This document shows, one piece after another, positions 44,895 to 53,545 of a stretch of DNA of 64,000 nt (the stretch's first letter is position 1; every line of letters starts with the position of its first letter). The stretch lies in IMG/VR virus record IMGVR_UViG_3300012952_000023, positions 3,595 to 67,594 of that record, one strand, 5' to 3'. Made by a program: the position numbers and the translations under genes. The DNA comes from a virus. Taxonomy: Duplodnaviria > Caudoviricetes. The notes beneath the pieces are model-generated. The model saw only the letters and a program-made list of their open reading frames with translations. It had not been told where the DNA came from and made no database searches.

Positions 44895-45431
44895 CTAAGT
44901 TACGTCAAGTGAACAAGGTGATGCATCTATCGGTTCTTCTTCTTGGTTGACAGGACCTTTAATCGGAACCCTATGAACAGTAACTCCCGCTTCTACGAAC
45001 ATTTGACGAGCTAAATCAAAGCTTTCTTGCCATCTAAATGGTTCAACAAAATCAGGAACAACAACTTTATTAATTTCTGCTTGGATTAAAACAGCAGCAC
45101 ATTGACTGCATGTCATTAATGGCCAAACGTACATAGTTGCGCCTGTCAGACAAACACCACTACGTGCGGCGTAAGCAACACAATTCATCTCTGCGTGAGT
45201 TGTCATCTTGAGACGAGTTTCTCTATCAGCTAGTCGACTATCGGTGTCATCGACTCCTGCAGGTAAACCGTTATATCCTGTAGCGAGTATCCTGCGATTC
45301 CTTACAGCCACTGCTCCAACTTTTGTAGAGGGGTCTTTAGACCAACCAGCTACGTGAGAAGCAATGACAAGAAAACGTTGATCCCAATGTTTGGGTGCTT
45401 TAGGTGGGCGACCGATGCTCTTAGTATCCAT
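44895..45431 (-). CDS. dCMP deaminase
   Basis: WSKDPSTKVGAV, TGYNGLP, THAEMN and PLMTCSQCA Zn motifs. Confidence 0.92.
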   Translation of the reverse strand: MDTKSIGRPPKAPKHWDQRFLVIASHVAGWSKDPSTKVGAVAVRNRRILATGYNGLPAGVDDTDSRLADRETRLKMTTHAEMNCVAYAARSGVCLTGATMYVWPLMTCSQCAAVLIQAEINKVVVPDFVEPFRWQESFDLARQMFVEAGVTVHRVPIKGPVNQEEEPIDASPCSLDVT

Positions 45432-45471
45432 TAATAACTTAAAATAAATATGGAACCCTATTGTCTTTCAA

Positions 45472-45699
45472 GTGCTTGAAGTCGTCGCCGTTTTAGGACT
45501 CGCCGCAACAGGAGCGTTGTGGAGAATGGCTTTCGAACAAGGAAGTATGAAAAAGGGTATGGAATCAATTTTAAATGAAGTTCGTCTTTTAAGAAACGAA
45601 GTCAGTAAAGATATTAGGCATATCGAACGTAACTTGCATGATCACGAGAAAAGAATAAGAAATCTTGAAGATGTATCACACGATCACAAAAAGAAATGA
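45472..45699 (+). CDS. Small TM plus coiled-coil protein
   Basis: N-terminal hydrophobic helix and HEKRIRNLE tail. Confidence 0.55.
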   Translation: MLEVVAVLGLAATGALWRMAFEQGSMKKGMESILNEVRLLRNEVSKDIRHIERNLHDHEKRIRNLEDVSHDHKKK

Positions 45700-45700
45700 G

Positions 45701-45883
45701 ATGAATTGGGATCAAGAGCTAGAGAATGATAGACTAAAGGGTATGATTATCGTCTATCAAGAGCACATTGATGTGCTGGAGAAAGAGAACAAAGAACTGA
45801 AGGCTAAGACTGCTTTCCTTCAGAAGCAATTGGAATATAAAAGTTACGGTCCTCCTATCTACGAAGAGTCAGCAGTTACTTAG
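45701..45883 (+). CDS. Small coiled-coil protein
   Basis: ATG right after the upstream stop; MNWDQELENDRLK... Confidence 0.55.
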   Translation: MNWDQELENDRLKGMIIVYQEHIDVLEKENKELKAKTAFLQKQLEYKSYGPPIYEESAVT

Positions 45884-46217
45884 CTCCTTCTTCTACGTCT
45901 GCTCCTGATCCGACACATGCGGATTGTTCTGGAGCCCAGCTGGGTCTATAGCCAGAGAACCATATCTTTCGTGTCTTCTCGAAGAGTTGTTCTTTAGATA
46001 GGTTCCATTTAGATAGGCATAGTTGCAAGTCTTCTCTGATATGCAGGAATGGACGGCTATCCCAATACCTCATACATAACCTTGCTATATCTATATATTC
46101 TTCATCTGTTGGTTCTTCCACAGATATTATTTGACTGAGTAAATCTCTGTCATGATCAACTAAGGCAGCATTATCTGTGCGATAAGCAGTAGCATTCTGA
46201 GGAGAAACTCGTGGCAT
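45876..46217 (-). CDS. DUF3288-like cyanobacterial protein
   Basis: DRDLL...EEPTDEE...IARLCMRY...IREDL...W.LSKEQLFEKTRKIW; start moved to ATG 46217. Confidence 0.7.
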   Translation of the reverse strand: MPRVSPQNATAYRTDNAALVDHDRDLLSQIISVEEPTDEEYIDIARLCMRYWDSRPFLHIREDLQLCLSKWNLSKEQLFEKTRKIWFSGYRPSWAPEQSACVGSGADVEEGAK

Positions 46218-46253
46218 CGGAGATTTACGTTGTGACAAGTTGACCTTAAAAAA

Positions 46254-46592
46254 CCCTGTCAGAAATCTAAAGAAGACTTGACAGGGTGTCAAGAGTATTT
46301 AATTGGTATGACTTAGTTCTTAAGCAACCTGACGGGGTTGACGGGGTTTGCTAGAACTCTCTCAGAATATATCCTCCTCTCTTGGAAGAAGAAAGAACCA
46401 AGACCTAGCTTGATATTAGACGTTCTTTTTAGTGAACAACTTGAAGGAAAATATTAGGATTAAGTATTATTTAGTTTCTCCCTACAAAGTTCTTAGACGA
46501 CCCTGTCAACCCTGTCAAGTTATTTGGATCGCAGTGAGAATAAGTCTTTTGGGCTGACAGCCTATAGAATAAAAAAAGTTTTTTTGACAGGG
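46254..46592. repeat. Array of TGAC(A/G)GGG octamers in both orientations; candidate replication origin
   Basis: Copies at 46254(-), 46279(+), 46330(+), 46339(+), 46501(-), 46510(-), 46555(+, degenerate) and 46585(+). Confidence 0.75.
46264..46292 (-). promoter_or_regulatory. Sigma70-type promoter for the DUF3288-like gene
   Basis: TTGACA-N17-TAGATT on the minus strand. Confidence 0.55.
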
Positions 46593-46595
46593 CCT

Positions 46596-47315
46596 ATGGA
46601 ATGGCGTCCTAATAGACCAGAAACTTTAGGCGGATGGTTAGAAGTGAAGCTTGATCAGAAAGAAGTGGATTATGTGTGGAAATGTATTAAAGAAGCTGAA
46701 GATATGAATATAGATAAGAGACCTGAATTAGCAGGTAATATCAGTTCTAGCTTGGAATTAGTGGATACCGATAATTATTTCGAGAGAAAGGTTCTTGTAC
46801 CTTTATGTCATTCCTATTTTGAGTGCTTCCCTCAATACAAGATGGTTAAGTATGCAATACCTTATAGTCCTAATGTAGGCGCTGCTGATATTGATTGGAG
46901 TGATATAGGATGGAATTTTTCCTTATCTTCATGGTGGGTTAATAAGCAAAAACAATACGAATATAATCCGCCTCATGATCATGCTGGGGCTTTTTCTTTT
47001 GCTCTGTGGTTAAAAGAACCAGCAGAGTGGGAGGAACAAAAACAGAAGACAAACTCAGTCAAGACTAATAACCCAGTGAATAATACTTTTCAATTTGTAT
47101 TCCAAGATATATTGGGTAAGTCCCAGAATTTTACTTATCGGCTAGGAAAAGAATTAGAAAATATGATGGTGTTTTTTCCTGCGTCATTGCAGCATTGCGT
47201 AAATCCTTTTTTTGATAACGAAGGAATTCGTATTAGTGTTGCTGGTAATATTTTTATGCAAAGTAGATTGATATCGGAGCTAGAAGATGGAGAAGAATTA
47301 GATTTACGTCCTTGA
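46596..47315 (+). CDS. 2OG-Fe(II) oxygenase (TIGR02466-like)
   Basis: WWVNKQKQYEYNPPHDHAG, FFPASLQHCVNP and RISVAGN; start moved to ATG 46596. Confidence 0.82.
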   Translation: MEWRPNRPETLGGWLEVKLDQKEVDYVWKCIKEAEDMNIDKRPELAGNISSSLELVDTDNYFERKVLVPLCHSYFECFPQYKMVKYAIPYSPNVGAADIDWSDIGWNFSLSSWWVNKQKQYEYNPPHDHAGAFSFALWLKEPAEWEEQKQKTNSVKTNNPVNNTFQFVFQDILGKSQNFTYRLGKELENMMVFFPASLQHCVNPFFDNEGIRISVAGNIFMQSRLISELEDGEELDLRP

Positions 47316-47972
47316 CTAATCTTTGAAAGAATTGACCAGCTGATTCTGATCAAGATACCAAGGAGGTTGACTCGTTTCGAATTGTGTTAATCGAGAAGGG
47401 AGGAAGTTATATGCGAAGCAAATTCTATTTTCATCAGTGTGATTATCATTTCCTTTATGAGCTAAATGACTAGGAAAAACAATTAAATCTCCTTCTTCCA
47501 TATCGAAAGAAATAGGTTGATTAAAAGTATGTCTAACGATTAATTCATAGTTCGGTTGATGATGCTGATCACAGGAGGCCTCTCTTGGAGCATCTTGGAA
47601 TGCGATACTCATTCCTTTGCCTTTTAAATAAACCACTGCAGACATGAATGATTCAATATGGGAATGCAGCTCAAAGTTTTCTTCGTTAGGAGTACATAAG
47701 CTCGACCAAGCTGAACAAATATTCCATTGTGAAAGAATATTATTATTACAAGGTAAAGCAGGAAGTGAAGCCTGGAGAATCTCTTGATGAAAAAAAGCTA
47801 GTTCCTCTGTTCGAAGAATATCGTCCCAATATAAATTATTATCCATATCAATTTGCTCGATCATTGATCTTTCTCTATGACGATCTTCACACAGTTTTAA
47901 AGCCTTCTTTATTAACTTTTCGTCTATCTTTGTCTTGCCTATTAATGTAGGGAAAATAGTTGCAAGTTCCAT
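47316..47972 (-). CDS. 2OG-Fe(II) oxygenase (TIGR02466-like)
   Basis: LHSHIESFMSAVVY, EGDLIVFPSHLAH and RICFAYN. Confidence 0.85.
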   Translation of the reverse strand: MELATIFPTLIGKTKIDEKLIKKALKLCEDRHRERSMIEQIDMDNNLYWDDILRTEELAFFHQEILQASLPALPCNNNILSQWNICSAWSSLCTPNEENFELHSHIESFMSAVVYLKGKGMSIAFQDAPREASCDQHHQPNYELIVRHTFNQPISFDMEEGDLIVFPSHLAHKGNDNHTDENRICFAYNFLPSRLTQFETSQPPWYLDQNQLVNSFKD

Positions 47973-50330
47973 TTAGTTAGGTCTAAGCCAAATTCTTCTA
48001 GTCTTACCATCGATAGTAGCCCTGCATTGTTTGTAATTCAATCGCTTTAGAGCATCGGTTACCTGCATTCCTATCTGAGCTTGTTTGTCGACAGCTATTT
48101 CTAACCATGAATAAAGATCAGAGAGAGTTATATACCCTTGAGTCTTGTAATAACCAGACATATGTGTTGTTAATGTTTCTGAGATTCTTGTTTCCAATGG
48201 ACTATCTTTAGTGAAGCTGTCAATGTAATCAGCGATGTGACTAAGTTCGTAGCTAGAAAAATTATGGATCGGCTCATCTAGATAGGCTTGGTATGCCGCA
48301 GCCCAAATAGAGTTGCGATCTGCTTTCAGTCTGTCGAGATCTATGATCTTTAATTTAGAATTATCTTTCGACGCAACCTTACCTGAGACAATAATAGGCA
48401 TGAAGCGTCTATTACCTGTTGGATCTACAAGGAAGTCCATACCATTAGTAGCTCCTGCAAGAACAAAACTGCGAGGATAATTCTTTTCATTCTCATATTT
48501 CCGAGCACTTCTATCGACTGAAACACTAACCAAGTTCTTTAATTCTTCAACGTGTTTTCTCTTGAAGTATCTTTCGGCTTCGTCTAAAACAACAATCCAG
48601 CCAGAGTGAAGTGCATGAGGCCTATCTTTTAGATATTCAATACCTTGCTGGATAGTGGAAACCCAAGGGTAGTTGCCAGGATCTGCAGGATCAGGCGGCG
48701 TGAGGTACTGGAAGAATGTTGATTTACCACAGTTCTGCCCACCAATAAAGATAGGCATCCAGTCGTGTCTTACCCCAGGCTGAAGGACTCTTGCTACTGC
48801 TCCAATCATGAAGCGTTTCATGATGACATCAGCTAGAAGTTTCCCGTCAGGCATCCTAGGATTTTGCGCTATATCTTCTGGAGTACCTATCAAGGTAGAT
48901 GCCAATGTATCGAAGTAATTACAAGGCGTACTTCTGCTAGCTACGAATTCTAAATAAGCTTTACAAGGGTTATATTCGTTTCTGTCTGCCATCACCGTAG
49001 TGACGTCATACACTAAGGTTTTTGGGAAGGCTCTACCTTCTCGGGTAGGGATTTTGACGTAGGTAGTCGAAACGTCCCGAATAATACTGGGGTTAGCTTT
49101 GGATCCATATTCCATATCCAAAGACATTGCATTGCGACGTAGGTCAGGGTAAGCAAGGCGAAGATGCCTTTCGATGATTTCAATTTCACTTAGACCATCC
49201 CTGTTTTGTGTATTTCGCGCGTGAACCGCAGGTTCATCTGAGATTTCTTCGGCATGATGAGTTGGTGGAGTAGTAACTGGAGGAGGAGTAGGAGCGATAA
49301 TATTCCAAGGTCTATTTTCGCTGAATAAACTTTGAGTCGGTGTAGCGATTACTTCTTCTTCCGCTTCTTCTTCTTCTTCTCCGCCAAAATCGGAGTGGTC
49401 GTAGCCACTGACTGAAAAACGTTGGCCAATGAAATCTGTTCCGAAATCTCCTGACCCTTTTAGTTCTGAAGGAAGTTTTTTGCGCCATTCTGAATCACAC
49501 TCATTTGCACAGTAGAACAAAGTAGCAAGACTTGATCCGTTGAAACCGTAGAAGAATTTCTCTGTACAACGTCTCGAGTTGTTACCTGAACCATGATGTC
49601 CTTGAGAAGCCCAGTCACACCAAGCTGTATAGATAGAACTTCCACCAGCTCTCGCAGCTGCAGTGACTTTAGTAAATCTTTGGTAATCTCCTTCGCTGGT
49701 TGGTTCTATAACTTGCTCTAGACAATAGATAGCTTGATCAATAGTTATTTGGTCGTAGTCTTTAGTCTCGTGGTCATAGCGTGTCCTTCTCTTCTCGGCT
49801 TCTTTCTCAGCTTCACTAATCAGGTCTGCAGGAAGAAAAGTTGAAGGCTGCCATAGTATTGTTTCTCCCTCGCTATTTCCGTAGAACAATCGACAGGCGT
49901 CAGTACATGCTTGATCTCCTCCTAAAGCCTTAGATAAAATCGTCAAAATTGCCTTATAGAGATCCCCATCAGTGATCTTTTGAGGCAGTTGGAATATTAC
50001 TCTGTATCGATGCTTATTCTCAGCAGCATTATGACTAGCAGTTGTATAGGCAAACGTAGCACTACGAGCTAATGGATGCTTCAGAAAATCATCAATTTTC
50101 AACCCATTATCAATATCAACACAGGCAAGATTTGCGTAATCAAAAGCAGCGCTTGACCTTCGGTGGGATGTCATAGCTGCAGCCACGAATGCACCACCAT
50201 TCAGGATATGATCTCTTAATGATTCGAGATCACTGCTTTCAAGTTTCCACCTTTCAGCAAAGGAAGGCTTCCATCCACTGCGAGGTTTGTTGTGAATTTC
50301 AGGGTGAGTGCTGAAGCTGAGCTTTTCCAT
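47973..50330 (-). CDS. Primase-helicase: N-terminal primase-like region, PriCT-2-like domain and VapE/VirE-type SF3 ATPase
   Basis: LACVDIDNG, YTTASH...HRYRVIF and DACRLFYG; GGQNCGKSTFF Walker A, VVLDEAE Walker B, FVLAGATN...FLVDPTGNRRF. Confidence 0.88.
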   Translation of the reverse strand: MEKLSFSTHPEIHNKPRSGWKPSFAERWKLESSDLESLRDHILNGGAFVAAAMTSHRRSSAAFDYANLACVDIDNGLKIDDFLKHPLARSATFAYTTASHNAAENKHRYRVIFQLPQKITDGDLYKAILTILSKALGGDQACTDACRLFYGNSEGETILWQPSTFLPADLISEAEKEAEKRRTRYDHETKDYDQITIDQAIYCLEQVIEPTSEGDYQRFTKVTAAARAGGSSIYTAWCDWASQGHHGSGNNSRRCTEKFFYGFNGSSLATLFYCANECDSEWRKKLPSELKGSGDFGTDFIGQRFSVSGYDHSDFGGEEEEEAEEEVIATPTQSLFSENRPWNIIAPTPPPVTTPPTHHAEEISDEPAVHARNTQNRDGLSEIEIIERHLRLAYPDLRRNAMSLDMEYGSKANPSIIRDVSTTYVKIPTREGRAFPKTLVYDVTTVMADRNEYNPCKAYLEFVASRSTPCNYFDTLASTLIGTPEDIAQNPRMPDGKLLADVIMKRFMIGAVARVLQPGVRHDWMPIFIGGQNCGKSTFFQYLTPPDPADPGNYPWVSTIQQGIEYLKDRPHALHSGWIVVLDEAERYFKRKHVEELKNLVSVSVDRSARKYENEKNYPRSFVLAGATNGMDFLVDPTGNRRFMPIIVSGKVASKDNSKLKIIDLDRLKADRNSIWAAAYQAYLDEPIHNFSSYELSHIADYIDSFTKDSPLETRISETLTTHMSGYYKTQGYITLSDLYSWLEIAVDKQAQIGMQVTDALKRLNYKQCRATIDGKTRRIWLRPN

Positions 50331-50378
50331 ATTTTGTCCTAGGAAACTAAATTAACAAATCCAGATAAAAGTGCAATA

Positions 50379-50588
50379 CTAACTTTGATATAACGCATGT
50401 TCTAATAACATTTTGTCTATCACTTCTTTCATGAAGCACACCATTTCGCCTTCTTTTCTTTTACTTGGGAGAGTAAAATCGTGAGCAGCCATATATTCTA
50501 TAAGACTATTTTTTAATATTCGCATGGCTTCTGCATTTAACTCTAGAGCTAAACGAAATTCATCCTTATCATCGAGTCGACTACTCAT
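50379..50588 (-). CDS. Hypothetical protein
   Basis: 69-aa coupled ORF. Confidence 0.5.
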   Translation of the reverse strand: MSSRLDDKDEFRLALELNAEAMRILKNSLIEYMAAHDFTLPSKRKEGEMVCFMKEVIDKMLLEHALYQS

Positions 50589-51346
50589 TAGTCAGTCACG
50601 GTAATAGTACTTCCCATGTTCGCATGGTATTCGCATTCGTAATAATAAGTACCTGCTTTCTTGAATGATACAGCTAGTAGATTCGTGTCTGAAATCGTAC
50701 CCTCTGCTCCGTTGTTCTTAATTCTTGCCCATCCAGGAGCCTCGAGGCCTGCTCCAGTTGTGTGAGAAGTTTTAATCCATAAAGGATGTGCAGTTCCTGT
50801 GTTATTCGTGATATAGAGTAATTGACCTGTTTTTAAAGTTAAAGCTGGATGGATAGAGTTAATTAATGATTCGCCTGTAAAGAGATAGTTCCCACTTTCA
50901 GCAGTAACGGTGTATACCTTCTTGATGAAAGAGGAAACATCTCCTTCTAAGATCCATTCATCAGATCCTAGATAAGTAAGTTTGAATGAGGCATATGGAA
51001 AGCTTGTGTACCATATTAGAGCTGAATTAGAGTCTGGATTCACATGAGCACAGTGGATTTTGACGTTGCCCGTCCCCGCAACACATAGTTGATTCTGCTC
51101 TCCTGCTATGAAAACTACTTGAGCACCTTTATGAAAACCTGTATTTTCTAAGGTGATTGTAGTATCGATACTGTTCAGCTTTATATAATCTCCTTGGTCA
51201 TCAATAGATACGGCGTGGACTATACTCCCCGCTTCTGACCTAAGAGTTGGAATGTCTGTGACTTCACTGAAACCAGAGACCTCTCTAGGTGCATAAAGCT
51301 TGAAATTTTGTGGATCGTAAGTAACTGGTAAACGACGAGTGCTCAT
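50588..51346 (-). CDS. Fibre-like protein with a C-terminal cupredoxin-like domain
   Basis: AHPLWI and GTYYYECEYHANMGSTITV (H...C-x2-H-x2-M). Confidence 0.65.
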   Translation of the reverse strand: MSTRRLPVTYDPQNFKLYAPREVSGFSEVTDIPTLRSEAGSIVHAVSIDDQGDYIKLNSIDTTITLENTGFHKGAQVVFIAGEQNQLCVAGTGNVKIHCAHVNPDSNSALIWYTSFPYASFKLTYLGSDEWILEGDVSSFIKKVYTVTAESGNYLFTGESLINSIHPALTLKTGQLLYITNNTGTAHPLWIKTSHTTGAGLEAPGWARIKNNGAEGTISDTNLLAVSFKKAGTYYYECEYHANMGSTITVTD

Positions 51347-51394
51347 TCTGAACGATGCTTAAGTGTTTACTTATTCTAAAATCGATTTAAAGTA

Positions 51395-52009
51395 GTGTTT
51401 AATGTCGTGGAATCTGTAAAATTGACTGGCTCTTCAATGGGGAAATATATAGGAATTGGACTGGGAGGAGTTCTTGGCTTATCTCATTTCTGGATGATTG
51501 GTCTTTTAGCTAACAAGGAAGCAGGTCTGCCTAAGTTTAATTTACCGACAAGTCCTTATAGTCAGTACACAATTGATGCCAGCAAGGATGGGTATAGCAT
51601 CACTCATCGAATGAATGATCCAAGAGTGATGGAAATGAAGAAGGAATTAGTCATACCAGGCAAGAAAGGAATATTTGGTAGTACAGCAGATAGAACGGTT
51701 GTTGAATACGAGCAGTACACGATGGAGGGCAAGCAACACCTTATGGGACCAGGTATCTTTCAAGACAAAAGCAAACTTTCTTCAGATGGGAAACTTACTG
51801 AAGAGCAGATCGCTTGCATTAGAAAAGCTGGAGCTGGGGAAGGTACAGGAGCCGCCTTGGGAGCCGCCGCAGCAACTACTTATGTGGCTCCTTCTGTTAG
51901 TACCATTCCTATCATTGGGTGGGTTGCCTCTGCTTGGACTACTACTTTCGGTGCTAAGAAAGGTGGACAAATAGGAGAATCAATGGCTGAGTGGTATCAC
52001 GATTGTTAG
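51395..52009 (+). CDS. Cyanophage-type membrane protein with a glycine zipper
   Basis: N-terminal TM; CIRKAGAGEGTGAALG...IPIIGWVASAW...GGQIG. Confidence 0.6.
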   Translation: MFNVVESVKLTGSSMGKYIGIGLGGVLGLSHFWMIGLLANKEAGLPKFNLPTSPYSQYTIDASKDGYSITHRMNDPRVMEMKKELVIPGKKGIFGSTADRTVVEYEQYTMEGKQHLMGPGIFQDKSKLSSDGKLTEEQIACIRKAGAGEGTGAALGAAAATTYVAPSVSTIPIIGWVASAWTTTFGAKKGGQIGESMAEWYHDC

Positions 52010-52102
52010 ATATAAGTATTTCTTACTAGTGGGATAAGTAATACTGTGTCAGAGATGGGTGTTTATACGACCTATCTAAGAAAAAAGGATAAAAATGGAA
52101 TA

Positions 52103-52133
52103 TATAATTAAGAAGTTAACAATTCTTTACAAA
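52103..52133 (+). promoter_or_regulatory. -10 element (TATAAT) plus HLR1-like RpaB site upstream of the hli cluster
   Basis: TATAAT at 52103-08; TTAACAAT-TC-TTTACAAA at 52116-33, against the consensus (G/T)TTACA(T/A)(T/A)-N2 direct repeat. Confidence 0.6.
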
Positions 52134-52135
52134 GC

Positions 52136-52243
52136 ATGACACCCGAGGCAGAGAAGTTCAATGGCTGGTTAGCAATGCTTGGCGTTGTAGCAGGCATCGG
52201 AGCATACGCAACAACAGGACAACTCATCCCAGGAATCTTTTAA
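52136..52243 (+). CDS. hli: High-light-inducible protein (35 aa, not in ORF track)
   Basis: MTPEAEKFNGWLAMLG...TTGQLIPGIF. Confidence 0.93.
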   Translation: MTPEAEKFNGWLAMLGVVAGIGAYATTGQLIPGIF

Positions 52244-52247
52244 ATCA

Positions 52248-52367
52248 ATGAACGTATCTAACAAAACTATTTTCGAAAGAAGCATCGGCAGACCAGCAAT
52301 GATGGCTTTCGTTTTACTGACTAGTACTTACCTAGTTACAGGACAACTCATCCCTGGTATCGTTTAA
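52248..52367 (+). CDS. hli: HLIP-like protein (39 aa, divergent; not in ORF track)
   Basis: FERSIGRPAMMAF...TGQLIPGIV. Confidence 0.75.
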   Translation: MNVSNKTIFERSIGRPAMMAFVLLTSTYLVTGQLIPGIV

Positions 52368-52531
52368 TGAAATCTGAACAGCCTAATACTGTTGTCGGAA
52401 CAGAAACTCAAAGACTAGAAGAAGGCAAAATTTTTGCTGAAAGAGTGAACGGATATGCTGCCATCTTTGGATGTGCTGCTCTTATCACTGCTTACGCTAC
52501 AACTGGTCAAATTATCCCTGGTTTTGTTTAA
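52367..52531 (+). CDS. hli: High-light-inducible protein (54 aa, not in ORF track)
   Basis: AERVNGYAAIFG...TTGQIIPGFV; TAATG coupling. Confidence 0.88.
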   Translation: MKSEQPNTVVGTETQRLEEGKIFAERVNGYAAIFGCAALITAYATTGQIIPGFV

Positions 52532-52749
52532 TGACTTCATCTACTCAAGCCGTTGCACTAGAAAACACTGTTACTGAATACGGTAAGCAGAACATCTTTG
52601 GTAAAGAGACTCAACCACAGTTAGTCGAAGAGTATAAAGGCTATGTTCAAGAAGCTGAACTAGCTAACGGTCGCTGGGCAATGATCGGTTTTGTTGCTCT
52701 CATCGGAGCTTACTTGACTACTGGCCAAGTCCTCCCTGGCATCTTTTAA
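52531..52749 (+). CDS. hli: High-light-inducible protein (72 aa)
   Basis: AELANGRWAMIGF...TTGQVLPGIF; the true start is the TAATG-coupled ATG at 52531. Confidence 0.93.
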   Translation: MTSSTQAVALENTVTEYGKQNIFGKETQPQLVEEYKGYVQEAELANGRWAMIGFVALIGAYLTTGQVLPGIF

Positions 52750-53490
52750 GATCTTCTTAGCTAGACGTTCCTCCTCTTTCATCTCCCAATATCGGCGTAC
52801 TTTTTGTAGCCATTTCTGTTGGAATCTTTGCAGCTCGTCTCCTCTGAGGATGAAACTTTGATTAGTCTTAGGAGTCGAAACGACTATTTGGGCTGCATCA
52901 ATATCGAGATCTAATGTCTCTTTGATAGCTAATGAGTAGGCTCCTAATTGCATTGAGCATTTAGTGAATTTACTCCAGCCCGTGAAGTTCTGACGATTGT
53001 CTTTGTCTGGGAAATATCGACAGTAAGGTTGATTGGAAGTCTTGAAGTCTCCTAGAATCATGACTCCGTTCCTGACACCTATAAAGTCTGGACAACCACA
53101 GAATTGATACTTGTGACTCCAGACTCGAGAGATTCCATCACTGCCCGTTGTGTACTTCCACTTAGGATCTAAAGGTTTTTCAGACCAAATGAAGTGATCA
53201 TAACGATCTAAATGTTGAGATAACCCTTCCCAAAATGGTAAATATCGCTCGTCAATCTCTACAGGTATGCCTCGGATGTAGTCTTCACACGCTTTATGTA
53301 CTGCACTACCTCGTGCAGCTGCAGCTTCCAGTCCCCCTGGATTTTTTACATTCCAATTTCGTAGCATATTCTTTGATTTCTCGGAGGCTGTCTTACCGAG
53401 AATGGTGGTCACAGATGGGTATGCTTTTCCTTCGACGTCCGTTGCATAATGTCTCTCCCCGTTAATTTCATATCGGGTGGGGCCACTCAT
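52660..53490 (-). CDS. PD-(D/E)XK exonuclease
   Basis: YPSVTTILG, RGSAVH, SEKPL, CGCPDFIG and GDFKTS; QLGAYSLA. Confidence 0.85.
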   Translation of the reverse strand: MSGPTRYEINGERHYATDVEGKAYPSVTTILGKTASEKSKNMLRNWNVKNPGGLEAAAARGSAVHKACEDYIRGIPVEIDERYLPFWEGLSQHLDRYDHFIWSEKPLDPKWKYTTGSDGISRVWSHKYQFCGCPDFIGVRNGVMILGDFKTSNQPYCRYFPDKDNRQNFTGWSKFTKCSMQLGAYSLAIKETLDLDIDAAQIVVSTPKTNQSFILRGDELQRFQQKWLQKVRRYWEMKEEERLAKKILKDAREDLASSQVSSDESNKTDHCPATVS

Positions 53491-53545
53491 AGACAATTAG
53501 CTGTTAGTTTAATTTAACAATTATTTGACAATTTGCAGATATCTA

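Noticed and set aside
38552-45431. Z-genome (2-aminoadenine) system
   Set aside because: Only the diphosphohydrolase domain is present; no PurZ or DatZ is recognised in the window
46254-46592. CRISPR-like array
   Set aside because: The repeats are only 8 nt, in both orientations and irregularly spaced, with no cas genes
46524-46595. TTG-start extension of the oxygenase, and the 46218..46292 extension of the DUF3288-like gene
   Set aside because: Both extensions run through the repeat array or promoter; downstream ATGs give better proteins
52471-52530. Track start of the hli ORF at 52471
   Set aside because: This stretch encodes the third hli in another frame; the real start is the coupled ATG at 52531
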